From positions 26,413-90,412 of the forward strand of contig JAIPEW010000005.1 in assembly GCA_021736985.1 (NCBI GenBank): a DNA stretch of 64,000 nt. Direction: 5' to 3'. The DNA comes from Clostridiales bacterium. GTDB lineage: Bacteria > Bacillota > Desulfotomaculia > Desulfotomaculales > VENG01. Shown in pieces: positions 36,608-44,370 of the stretch. The translations under genes and the position numbers were made by a program. The notes under the pieces were generated by a model. That model was not told where the DNA came from. It saw nothing but the letters and a program-made list of their open reading frames with translations, and did not search any database. Positions within the stretch are counted from its first letter, which is position 1; every line of letters begins with the position of its first letter.

Positions 36608-37885
36608 ATGTCCGCAATATTAAAAATCCTGGATATTGACTGTGCTTATGAATCTGTAAAAGTATTAGATGGAATAAACTTCTCTATAGATAAAGGAAGT
36701 TTTACTGGTATTATCGGGCCTAATGGTTCCGGGAAATCAACACTTCTACGCTGTACTACACAAGTTTTGAGACCTGAAAAAGGTACAGTATTTTTAAATG
36801 ATTTTAATTTAAGTATGATGAAATCTCCTGAAATAGCTCGACTCATGGCAGTGGTGCCGCAAGAGACGTCAATCACTTTTTCTTTCACTGTTAAGGAAGT
36901 AATTATGATGGGGCGCTCACCCTATTTGAACCGTCTTCAGTCTGAAAGTAAAGAAGATTACGAGATAGTTAATTATGCAATGAAATTAACTAATACTCAT
37001 TATCTTGCAGAGCGTCCTGTTACTGCTATTAGTGGAGGAGAGCGCCAGAGGGTTATTATAGCAAGGGCTTTAGCTCAACAGCCGGAAATACTTTTATTAG
37101 ATGAACCTATTTCTCATCTTGATATTAATTACCAGCTTGAAATTCTAAATCTGCTTCTTAAATTAAATCAAGAAAAAAGGCTTACTGTTATACCGGTATT
37201 TCACGATTTAAATTTAGCTGCCCAGTATTGTGATCAATTGATTTTATTAAAAGAGGGTAAAGTTTTTGCAATTGGCACCCCTGAAGAAGTATTAACAGAA
37301 AAAAATATAAAGGATGTATATGGTACAAATGTTATGATAAAAAAACATTTTGTTACCGGGCGTCCAAATATTGTATGTTTTTCTACTTGTTCTCAACATA
37401 CATCTTTTAAAGGTAAAGTTCATTTAATCTGTGGTGGCGGAGCTGGTTCATCAATTTTAGAATTAATAGTTAGCCAGGGATATAAGCTGACTGCTGGAAT
37501 ATTAAATACCGGTGACTTTGATTGGGAGATGGCTAAGTTTTTAAGTGTAAAGCTGGTAGAAGAATCCCCATTTTCATCTATTTCATATTATAATCATAAA
37601 AGAAATCTTGAATTAATAAAAAATACTGATGTTTGCGTAATGGCGAGCATCCCTTTTGGACAAGGAAATTTAGAGAACCTGAAGGCTGTAGAATATGCAT
37701 GTGATCTTGGGAAACCAGTTATTTTAGTAGAAGAACAGGGAATAAATAAACGTGATTTTACAGGGGGACAGGCCAGGATTATTTATAATAATTTGAAAAA
37801 TAAAAAAGGTGTAATAGTTGTAAATTCAAGTGTTGAGGTATTAAATGTGCTGCCAGGTTTGTTATCTTCAGAGCAGCATAATTAA
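36608..37885 (+). CDS. ABC transporter ATPase (FepC/BtuD-like) with an extra ~165-aa C-terminal domain of unknown function
   Basis: Walker A GPNGSGKST, signature SGGERQR and Walker B LLLDEP. After aa ~265 comes an additional domain (KVHLICGGGAGSSILELIVSQGYKLTAGILNTGDFDW..). Confidence 0.85.
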   Translation: MSAILKILDIDCAYESVKVLDGINFSIDKGSFTGIIGPNGSGKSTLLRCTTQVLRPEKGTVFLNDFNLSMMKSPEIARLMAVVPQETSITFSFTVKEVIMMGRSPYLNRLQSESKEDYEIVNYAMKLTNTHYLAERPVTAISGGERQRVIIARALAQQPEILLLDEPISHLDINYQLEILNLLLKLNQEKRLTVIPVFHDLNLAAQYCDQLILLKEGKVFAIGTPEEVLTEKNIKDVYGTNVMIKKHFVTGRPNIVCFSTCSQHTSFKGKVHLICGGGAGSSILELIVSQGYKLTAGILNTGDFDWEMAKFLSVKLVEESPFSSISYYNHKRNLELIKNTDVCVMASIPFGQGNLENLKAVEYACDLGKPVILVEEQGINKRDFTGGQARIIYNNLKNKKGVIVVNSSVEVLNVLPGLLSSEQHN

Positions 37886-37909
37886 AAGATCACAGTGCAA
37901 TTTGGTATA

Positions 37910-38593
37910 TTAACTTTTACAATCTTTTTTAAAGATATCATTATATAATTCAACAAACTTGAATTTAATTTCTATATCTTTATTTGTTTTATTAGCCGTA
38001 TCTATTGCTTGTGGCGAGGTAGACAGCTTGAAAGCTTTGACGGCTTCTTTTTGTTTTATGCTGCTGTTATCTTGATGATTAACAAAACAAAGCGGCGGGA
38101 AAAGTACACACCACCAGTTAGAACCTTTCCCTTCACCTATAACTACGCGTACGGCCTCGTATGTGCCTTCTGGCAGTGTCAGATATTCTTTTTTCCCATC
38201 TTTGACGCCAAGATTATATGATTTTGCAGGAAAAGGGTAATTGCCTAATGAAGCCTTTACATGGTAGCTTTTGCCATAAGAATTGATTTCACTAAGGGCT
38301 AATTTTTCAATATAATTCATATTATTATTAACGATATTTCTTGCGTCGGATACATCGTCTATTCCTTTAAGTTGTTTAGACATGCCGTTAATAACAGCAT
38401 CTCGTACCTTGTATTTTAAGGCTTGATCCAGGGCCGAATCACTGTTAGCTATTACGTGAAATCTAATTAAATCGTTTTTATCGTAACTTATTACTGTTTG
38501 TTCCCTGTTTACATGCCAGCCGGCAAAAAAAACTATTAATCCAATAACTAATAATATTAAGCTGTATTTTAATCTTTTGTTGTTTATATTCAT
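37910..38593 (-). CDS. spoIIR: stage II sporulation protein R
   Basis: IRFHVIANSDSALDQALKYKVRDAV and NWWCVLFPPLCF signatures. Confidence 0.88.
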   Translation of the reverse strand: MNINNKRLKYSLILLVIGLIVFFAGWHVNREQTVISYDKNDLIRFHVIANSDSALDQALKYKVRDAVINGMSKQLKGIDDVSDARNIVNNNMNYIEKLALSEINSYGKSYHVKASLGNYPFPAKSYNLGVKDGKKEYLTLPEGTYEAVRVVIGEGKGSNWWCVLFPPLCFVNHQDNSSIKQKEAVKAFKLSTSPQAIDTANKTNKDIEIKFKFVELYNDIFKKDCKS

Positions 38594-38725
38594 AGTTTCA
38601 CCCCATTTGCTATCTAATTAATAGTTTTCCCGAATATTAACTTGTTAAAACTAGCAGTAAAATAAACAGAAGGAAATAAGAAGGAATGATTCATTTTTTT
38701 TGTTGTACTAAAATGCAGCCTGTAG

Positions 38726-38771
38726 TAATATAATCTACAAATGCAAATATTTGCATTTGTAGATTATATTA
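38726..38771. promoter_or_regulatory. perfect 46-bp palindrome overlapping the znuA promoter region (candidate Zur operator)
   Basis: TAATATAATCTACAAATGCAAAT|ATTTGCATTTGTAGATTATATTA. I checked it base by base and both 23-nt arms are perfectly complementary. It ends 24 nt before the znuA GTG. Confidence 0.7.
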
Positions 38772-38784
38772 TCTATCGGTTAAG

Positions 38785-38794
38785 GGGGGGGGGC
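38785..38794 (+). repeat. G10 homopolymer forming the znuA ribosome-binding region
   Basis: taaGGGGGGGGGGcaGTG. The tract ends 1 nt before the 2-nt spacer and the GTG start at 38796. Confidence 0.9.
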
Positions 38795-38795
38795 A

Positions 38796-39659
38796 GTGAA
38801 TAGAATAGTTTTTTTATTGACAGTACTGGTTGTGGTAATAATTGTATGTGCAGGTTGCAGCAAGCCAGTGATTGATACAAGTGTTGATGATACCGGTATT
38901 GAAGATATAAAAGTAGCTGTTAGTATTTTGCCGCAGGCCAGGTTTGTAGAAAAAATTGGTGGAGATAAGGTTAAAGTTCAGGTGATGATCCCACCCGGTG
39001 CTTCTCCTGTAACTTATGAGCCAACTCCAACCCAGTTAAAAAATCTAAGTCGAGCCGATATGTATGTCAGAGTAAAATGTTTACCGTTTGAAAAGGCATG
39101 GATGGGTAGAATTAAAAGTGCCAATGATAATATGCATATCATTGACTCTTCCATGGGAATTAAAATAATCAATAAGGACCCGCATATATGGCTTTCTCCA
39201 GTTCTTGTAAAGAAACAAGTGGAGCATATATATCAAGGTCTGGCTGAGATTGACCCGCAAAATAAAGATTATTATAAAAATAATAAAGAAAGATATGTCT
39301 CTGAGCTTGAAAAGTTAGACCGTGAAATAAAAAATGTTTTATCAGGGATTTCAAATAAAAAGTTTATAGTGTTCCACCCGTGCTGGGGGTATTTTGCAAG
39401 GGAGTATGGCTTAAAGCAAATTCCAGTAAAAACCGAAGGTAAGAAGTTAACTCCCCGGGATATAACCAGAGTTGTAGATAAAGCAAGATCAAGCCGTGTT
39501 AAAGTTATTATTGTTTCGCCGCAGCATGATACAAAGAGTTCAGAAGTAATAGCAAGAGAGATTGAAGGTGAAATTATATTAGCTAACCCGTTAGCGAAAG
39601 ATTACATTGAAAATATTAGACATTTTGCCGGTAAGCTGTCCAAACTAAATCGATCCTGA
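38796..39659 (+). CDS. znuA: metal (probably zinc) ABC transporter substrate-binding lipoprotein, ZnuA/TroA family
   Basis: Lipobox VCAGCSK plus DPHIWLSP and FHPCWGYFAREYGL motifs. Operon context with znuCB-zur. Confidence 0.8.
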   Translation: MNRIVFLLTVLVVVIIVCAGCSKPVIDTSVDDTGIEDIKVAVSILPQARFVEKIGGDKVKVQVMIPPGASPVTYEPTPTQLKNLSRADMYVRVKCLPFEKAWMGRIKSANDNMHIIDSSMGIKIINKDPHIWLSPVLVKKQVEHIYQGLAEIDPQNKDYYKNNKERYVSELEKLDREIKNVLSGISNKKFIVFHPCWGYFAREYGLKQIPVKTEGKKLTPRDITRVVDKARSSRVKVIIVSPQHDTKSSEVIAREIEGEIILANPLAKDYIENIRHFAGKLSKLNRS

Positions 39660-39704
39660 GCGTTTAGTTTGGCCTGTGAGGTAAACGAAGTGAACGAGGG
39701 GCAA

Positions 39705-39945
39705 TGGCAAGCCCTATGAGCTTCTTGCTCACAACGGAAAATGAAAATCTTTCATCAACTGCGTAAAGGCTGGTGGTACCCGGAGCGGACGTACGGAGGC
39801 GCATTTAAAGAGCGAATGAGGCAGAGAAAAAGCGCCGGTGTATGTCTGAGCGACTGGAGGAGCGAGTTTTCCGGTGCCCGGGGTCGATTGAGTACGAACA
39901 ATTTTATGTGCCGGAGTAGGGAGCGGAGAGTACCACCAGCCTAGC
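39705..39945 (+). repeat. GC-rich structured repeat module, full-length copy U3, in the znuA-znuC spacer
   Basis: Leader tgctcacaacggaaaatgaaaatctttcatcaactgcgtaaa, then a 12-bp closing stem of ggctggtggtac (39768-39779) and gtaccaccagcc (39930-39941). It is the reverse complement of U1. Confidence 0.85.
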
Positions 39946-39981
39946 AAAAACTAGAGTTTTCTGATCGCCCATGGGTCATGG

Positions 39982-40162
39982 CCCACAACGCTGAATGAAA
40001 ACTTTTCTGACAGCTGGGTGGAGGGTCGGGGCAAAGGGCAGAGGTGAGAAGTGGGAAATTAGATGGTGGAAAAAAGAAAAGGTCTACGCAGCAGATTTCC
40101 TCACACTTCTCACCTCCCATATCACACTTTGCAAATGACGGGCTATGCAACGCACCCAGACT
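39982..40162 (+). repeat. variant repeat module U4: same leader, different hairpin body
   Basis: The leader ccacaacgctgaatgaaaacttttctgacag matches the U3 leader. Closing stem ctgggtg (40014-40020) / cacccag (40153-40159). An inner ~19-bp hairpin pairs gaggtgagaagtgggaaat (40041-40059) with atttcctcacacttctcacctc (40095-40116). Confidence 0.7.
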
Positions 40163-40255
40163 TTACTACCTTCCGGAAATCCCCAGTTTCTTTGGATTTA
40201 TAGATTGTTAATTGTGCTTAAGCCAGAGTTTTTGAATTAAGGTAGGGGTTTTTAT

Positions 40256-40987
40256 ATGAAAAAATTAAACCGGGTAAACAGTGAAATTTTACGTTTAAAA
40301 AATATATGTGTTCAGTATAATAATGCTACTGTTCTGGAGAATATAAATCTATCTGTCTACAAAACGGATTTTTTAGGTGTTATTGGGCCTAATGGCGGAG
40401 GGAAAACTACATTACTTAAAGTAATGTTAGGATTAATAAGGCCTACTACGGGAAAGGTTGAATTTTTAGGTAATAATCCTGATAAAAAACAAAAGCATAT
40501 GGGTTATGTGCCTCAAAATTTTTATTTCGATAGAACTTTTCCAATAAGTGTACGGGATGTTGTGCTAATGGGACGGTTAGCCCGCGGGGGGCTTTTAAAA
40601 AAATTTAATGATAACGATAAAAAAATTGTTGATAATGCCCTGGAGAAAGTTGGAATCTATACGATAAAGGACAGGCAGATTGGACAGCTTTCAGGGGGAC
40701 AAATACAAAGGGTTTTAATTGCTAGGGCACTGGCAACTGAGCCGCAAATACTTTTTTTTGATGAACCCACGTCAAATATTGACAGGCGTAATCTAAAATT
40801 GATCTGTAGTTTGCTTAAAATTATAAACAAAAACATACCTATTGTTATAGTATCGCATGACATAGAATATATTTCTACTTTTGTTAATAAAATTGCATGT
40901 CTAAATAAAAGATTATTAAATAAAAATCTATGTGGAGTAAATAAGAAAACAATTGAATTTGCTTATAATTGTTCCGTGAATTTGTAA
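40256..40987 (+). CDS. znuC: zinc/metal ABC transporter ATPase
   Basis: Walker A GPNGGGKTT, signature SGGQIQR and Walker B LFFDEP. Confidence 0.85.
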   Translation: MKKLNRVNSEILRLKNICVQYNNATVLENINLSVYKTDFLGVIGPNGGGKTTLLKVMLGLIRPTTGKVEFLGNNPDKKQKHMGYVPQNFYFDRTFPISVRDVVLMGRLARGGLLKKFNDNDKKIVDNALEKVGIYTIKDRQIGQLSGGQIQRVLIARALATEPQILFFDEPTSNIDRRNLKLICSLLKIINKNIPIVIVSHDIEYISTFVNKIACLNKRLLNKNLCGVNKKTIEFAYNCSVNL

Positions 40988-41022
40988 ATCAGCTATTTTT
41001 TGGTAAAGAACAAAATGAGAAG

Positions 41023-41868
41023 ATGGTGAAGTTAAGATATATGATAGAAGCACTGCAGTATGAATTTATGAGAAATGCACTTGCAGCAGGTATACTTGCA
41101 AGTATAGCTTGTGGTATAGTAGGTTCTTATGTAGTCGTAAAAAGGATAGTGTTTATAAGTGGTGGGGTATCGCACAGCGCATATGGTGGAATAGGATTGG
41201 GCTGCTTGTTTGATTTTAACCCGGTTTTAGGGTCAACATTATTTAGCCTGGCAGCAGCATTGATAATTGGAGTTGTAAGCAAGGAGTCTAGCCAGCGCGA
41301 AGATACTGTTATTGGTGTTATATGGGCTATAGGCATGTCGCTAGGAATTATTTTTATAAGTATGAGTCCCGGGTATTCTGCAAATCTTTTTAGCTACTTA
41401 TTCGGAAATATTTTAACTGTACCTACGAGTGATATTTTTATTATGCTTGTACTTGATAGTCTTATTATCACCGTAGTGTTTCTTTTATACAATCATTTTT
41501 TAGCCCTGTGTTTTGACGAGGAATTTGCACTTCTTGTTAGTTATCCTCAAAAGTTATATCTCCTGCTTTTATGTTTGATTGCACTAACTGTTGTAATTTT
41601 GATTCGAGTAGTTGGAGTTATCCTGGTGATAGCAATGCTTACTATACCAGCAGCTATAGGTGCTCAATTTACTAATAATTTAAAGAAGATGATGTTTATT
41701 TCAACAATATTAGGGATTATTTTTACTACTGTTGGATTAAGCATATCTTATATTTTTAATATAGCCTCCGGTGCAACAATTATATTATTTTCAGGGATTA
41801 CTTATTTAATTTCTATAGGGGTAAGTTTTCTGTGGCAAAGAAGAAATTTTTCATGTAATAAACTTTAA
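41023..41868 (+). CDS. znuB: zinc/metal ABC transporter permease (ABC-3 family)
   Basis: Polytopic protein; ALQYEFMRNALAAGILASIACGIVGSYVV is the typical ZnuB/TroC N-terminus. The start could be 41023 or 41041; the track gives 40969. Confidence 0.85.
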   Translation: MVKLRYMIEALQYEFMRNALAAGILASIACGIVGSYVVVKRIVFISGGVSHSAYGGIGLGCLFDFNPVLGSTLFSLAAALIIGVVSKESSQREDTVIGVIWAIGMSLGIIFISMSPGYSANLFSYLFGNILTVPTSDIFIMLVLDSLIITVVFLLYNHFLALCFDEEFALLVSYPQKLYLLLLCLIALTVVILIRVVGVILVIAMLTIPAAIGAQFTNNLKKMMFISTILGIIFTTVGLSISYIFNIASGATIILFSGITYLISIGVSFLWQRRNFSCNKL

Positions 41869-42029
41869 TTTAAAATGCAGTTAATAATTTGTAAACCCAA
41901 AGGACCGCGAAATTCCGATAGGTAGTGGCCTAGCACTCAGCCTATCTTTACTGTAGGAAGAATAGGAGTAAAAGTATTTTTACCTGCTATTTAATACAGT
42001 TTTTTTAAACTACGCTGCAGTACTGAAAT

Positions 42030-42105
42030 GAAGGAAACCACCGGCCATCATCCAGCTATGAGAAAAGTTTTAATACTTTGTTGTGAGCAAAAAGCTCGTG
42101 GATGT
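42030..42105 (-). repeat. repeat module fragment U5 (leader plus one stem arm only)
   Basis: ggaaaccaccggcc..gagaaaagttttaatactttgttgtgagcaaaaagctcgtgga matches the leader end of U1/U2, including the extension caaaaagctcgtg shared with U2. Confidence 0.65.
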
Positions 42106-42160
42106 TTAATCAAAAACTCTAATTTTCTCGCGGATTTTATACATCAAGGAGTAATGTTTT

Positions 42161-42592
42161 GTGTTTAATGATTTAGAAAAAAAATTGGTACAAGAAGGTT
42201 ATAAAATTACAAAAAACAGGCGGGTTATACTGGAAGTATTTAATGAAACACCAGAAAGCTGGATAACTGCCCAGGATTTATTTGAAAAAGTATTAAATAA
42301 AAATCAAAAGATTAATTTCTCAACTGTGTATCGGAATCTGAATATGCTAACTAAAATAGGAATACTGTACCAGGTAAATAAAGAACAGGGATTGGGTTAT
42401 TACAGGCTAAATAATAATCAGAGTTACCACCATCACTTGATTTGTAAGTCATGCGGGAAAACCTGGAGAGTGCAATTTTGTCCTTTAAAAGAACTTGGGG
42501 TTGAGCATATTCAGGGTTTTACTATTGTAGACCATAAGTTTGAGATATACGGGTATTGCAGCGACTGTAAAAAACAAGGCAAAATTGATTGA
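42161..42592 (+). CDS. zur: Fur-family metalloregulator, probably Zur
   Basis: 143 aa with a winged-helix N-domain, HHHLICKSCGK and CSDC zinc-site motifs. It lies directly downstream of znuACB. Confidence 0.7.
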   Translation: MFNDLEKKLVQEGYKITKNRRVILEVFNETPESWITAQDLFEKVLNKNQKINFSTVYRNLNMLTKIGILYQVNKEQGLGYYRLNNNQSYHHHLICKSCGKTWRVQFCPLKELGVEHIQGFTIVDHKFEIYGYCSDCKKQGKID

Positions 42593-42617
42593 CGAACTAC
42601 TATATTAATGATACTAT
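42589..42617 (+). promoter_or_regulatory. sigma-A-type promoter for the riboswitch transcript
   Basis: TTGACG (42589-42594), a 17-nt spacer, then TACTAT (42612-42617). It overlaps the zur stop codon. Confidence 0.6.
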
Positions 42618-42629
42618 ATACAAAAGTTG

Positions 42630-42795
42630 AATTTGTATAGGTGCTTTAAAAGCTTAATAGGGAAACCGGTGTAAATCCGGTGCGGTCCCCGCCACTGTGA
42701 TGGGGAGGAACTTCATGTTAATGCCACTACCCAAGTTTGGGTGGGAAGGTATGAAGCTCCTGTGAACCTGAGCCAGTAGACCTGCCTTTATAGTT
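42630..42795 (+). promoter_or_regulatory. cobalamin (B12) riboswitch aptamer
   Basis: AATAGGGAAACCGGTGTAAATCCGGTGCGGTCCCCGCCACTGTGATGGGG .. GCCACTACCC..GGGTGGGAAGG .. GAGCCAGTAGACCTGCC (B12 box). All the hallmark blocks occur in the canonical order. Confidence 0.9.
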
Positions 42796-42859
42796 ATAAT
42801 GTATTTACCACTGCCTACGGGTGATAGGGAAATGGTTATTTTTATTGTTTTTATACAGT

Positions 42860-42900
42860 AAAAAAACCGGCGCCTCTAAGTGGGCCGGTTTTTATTTTTT
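42860..42900. terminator. strong bidirectional terminator between the riboswitch transcript and feoB
   Basis: aaaaaaaccggcgcctctaagtgggccggtttttattttttt. Confidence 0.8.
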
Positions 42901-42981
42901 TACAAGTTTATCCCATACTCTAAACTCATACATTTTAAAACTCGGTTATACTGCCGGGTCTTTTTTTTGTTTATAGTTGTA

Positions 42982-44370
42982 TTAAACTAATCCAAATCCT
43001 TTTGCCAGCAAGTTTATTATCATACATGTTACAATACCAACTGCAGTAGGTATTGCGATAGCTAAAAAGGTCCAGTACCAGCTGTGTTGTTCTTTTTGTA
43101 TAGTATACAAAGTAGTACCGCAAGGCCAGTGGCAAAGGGCAAAAACCATTGTACACAGTGCAGTAAGCCAGGTCCAACCGTTTTCATCTACGAGAAGATG
43201 GCGCAGGGCTTCTAAACTGCTTAGTTCTAACATCCCACTGCCTGATATATAGCTCATTATTAATATCGGAAAAACAATTTCATTTGCCGGTAAACCCAGT
43301 ATAAAGGCGGTTAATATGAAACCGTCCATCCCCATAAGCTGGGCAAATGGATTCAGCCAACTTGCAAAAGCTGCTAATAGACTTGTATCACCTACCATGG
43401 TGTTAGCCATTATCCAAACTATACCGCCTGCTGGAGCAGCTATAATCATAGCCCTTGTGAGTACGAATATTGTTCTGTCCAGTATTGAACGTACAATAAC
43501 TTCACCTATTTTAGGTTTTCTGTATGGAGGTAATTCTAAAGTAAAGGATGAAGGTACTCCTTTTAATAATGTTTTAGAAAGCAGCCAGGATATAAACAGG
43601 GTTATGGTAATGCCAAATACAACCAGGCCTGCTACTGTTAATGTTGCAATTATACTGCTGATGCTTGCGGCAACAGAGCCCCCGATAAAGATTGTAGCCA
43701 GGGCTATTAATATAGGGAATCTACCGTTGCAGGGAACAAAGTTGTTAGTAAGAATAGCTATTAATCTTTCCCGCGGTGATTCAATAATCCGGCAGGATAT
43801 AATACCTGCAGCATTACAGCCAAAGCCCATGCTCATTGTCAGTGCCTGCTTGCCGTGGGCCCCGGCTTTTTTAAAAAACCGGTCCATATTAAATGCCACC
43901 CGTGGTAAATAACCCAGGTCTTCTAAAAGAGTAAATATAGGAAAGAATATAGCCATGGGCGGCAGCATTACTGAGACTACCCAGGCCAGGCTACGGTAAA
44001 CACCCGTAACTAAAAAACCGCGCAACCATCCGGGAGCATTTAAAGCCATGAATACCTCTGTTAACCTGTCTTCAATCCAGAAAAGTCCTGTAGCTAACAT
44101 AGAAGACGGGACGTTTGCTCCTGCAATAGTTATCCAGAATACAGTTGTTAGAAGTGCTAGCATTATAGGAAAACCCCATATGGGCGAGGTTAAAATATTA
44201 TCTATTTTGCGGCTCCAATCTGTGCTTTTTTTATCTTCAACATATTGTGTATTGCTGGTAATGTTTTCTGCAGAACTGTAGATGCTTTTTACAATATTGT
44301 CCCTGACTTCATTTTGATTAGGACAACTTTTAGCTGCTTCATCTAAAAGTTGCCTAATTGGGGAACTCAT
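42982..44370 (-). CDS. feoB: ferrous iron transporter FeoB, membrane (permease) portion as a separate polypeptide
   Basis: 462 aa and polytopic, with FeoB gate-region motifs (GFGCNAAG, FVPCNGRFP). Its ATG overlaps the upstream stop (ATGA), with GGAGG 7 nt upstream. Confidence 0.85.
   Translation of the reverse strand: MSSPIRQLLDEAAKSCPNQNEVRDNIVKSIYSSAENITSNTQYVEDKKSTDWSRKIDNILTSPIWGFPIMLALLTTVFWITIAGANVPSSMLATGLFWIEDRLTEVFMALNAPGWLRGFLVTGVYRSLAWVVSVMLPPMAIFFPIFTLLEDLGYLPRVAFNMDRFFKKAGAHGKQALTMSMGFGCNAAGIISCRIIESPRERLIAILTNNFVPCNGRFPILIALATIFIGGSVAASISSIIATLTVAGLVVFGITITLFISWLLSKTLLKGVPSSFTLELPPYRKPKIGEVIVRSILDRTIFVLTRAMIIAAPAGGIVWIMANTMVGDTSLLAAFASWLNPFAQLMGMDGFILTAFILGLPANEIVFPILIMSYISGSGMLELSSLEALRHLLVDENGWTWLTALCTMVFALCHWPCGTTLYTIQKEQHSWYWTFLAIAIPTAVGIVTCMIINLLAKGFGLV

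Noticed and set aside
39729-39947. ORFs of 60-105 aa inside the repeat modules (39741-39944 +, 39729-39947 -, 1790-1984 +, 1887-2093 +, 7683-8000 -), including the conserved-looking MK(I/T)FHQ..KGWWYPERTY peptide.
   Set aside because: The same reading frame is broken in copy U1 (MKTLSATM*), lacks an ATG in U5, and diverges completely in U4. Conservation is at the nucleotide and stem level on both strands, so these are not protein-coding.
42799-42861. A 20-codon ORF (MYLPLPTGDREMVIFIVFIQ*) lies immediately downstream of the B12 aptamer and could be a regulated micro-protein.
   Set aside because: There is no Shine-Dalgarno sequence upstream, and the ORF overlaps the putative expression-platform hairpin and U-tract. 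It is more simply explained as non-coding.
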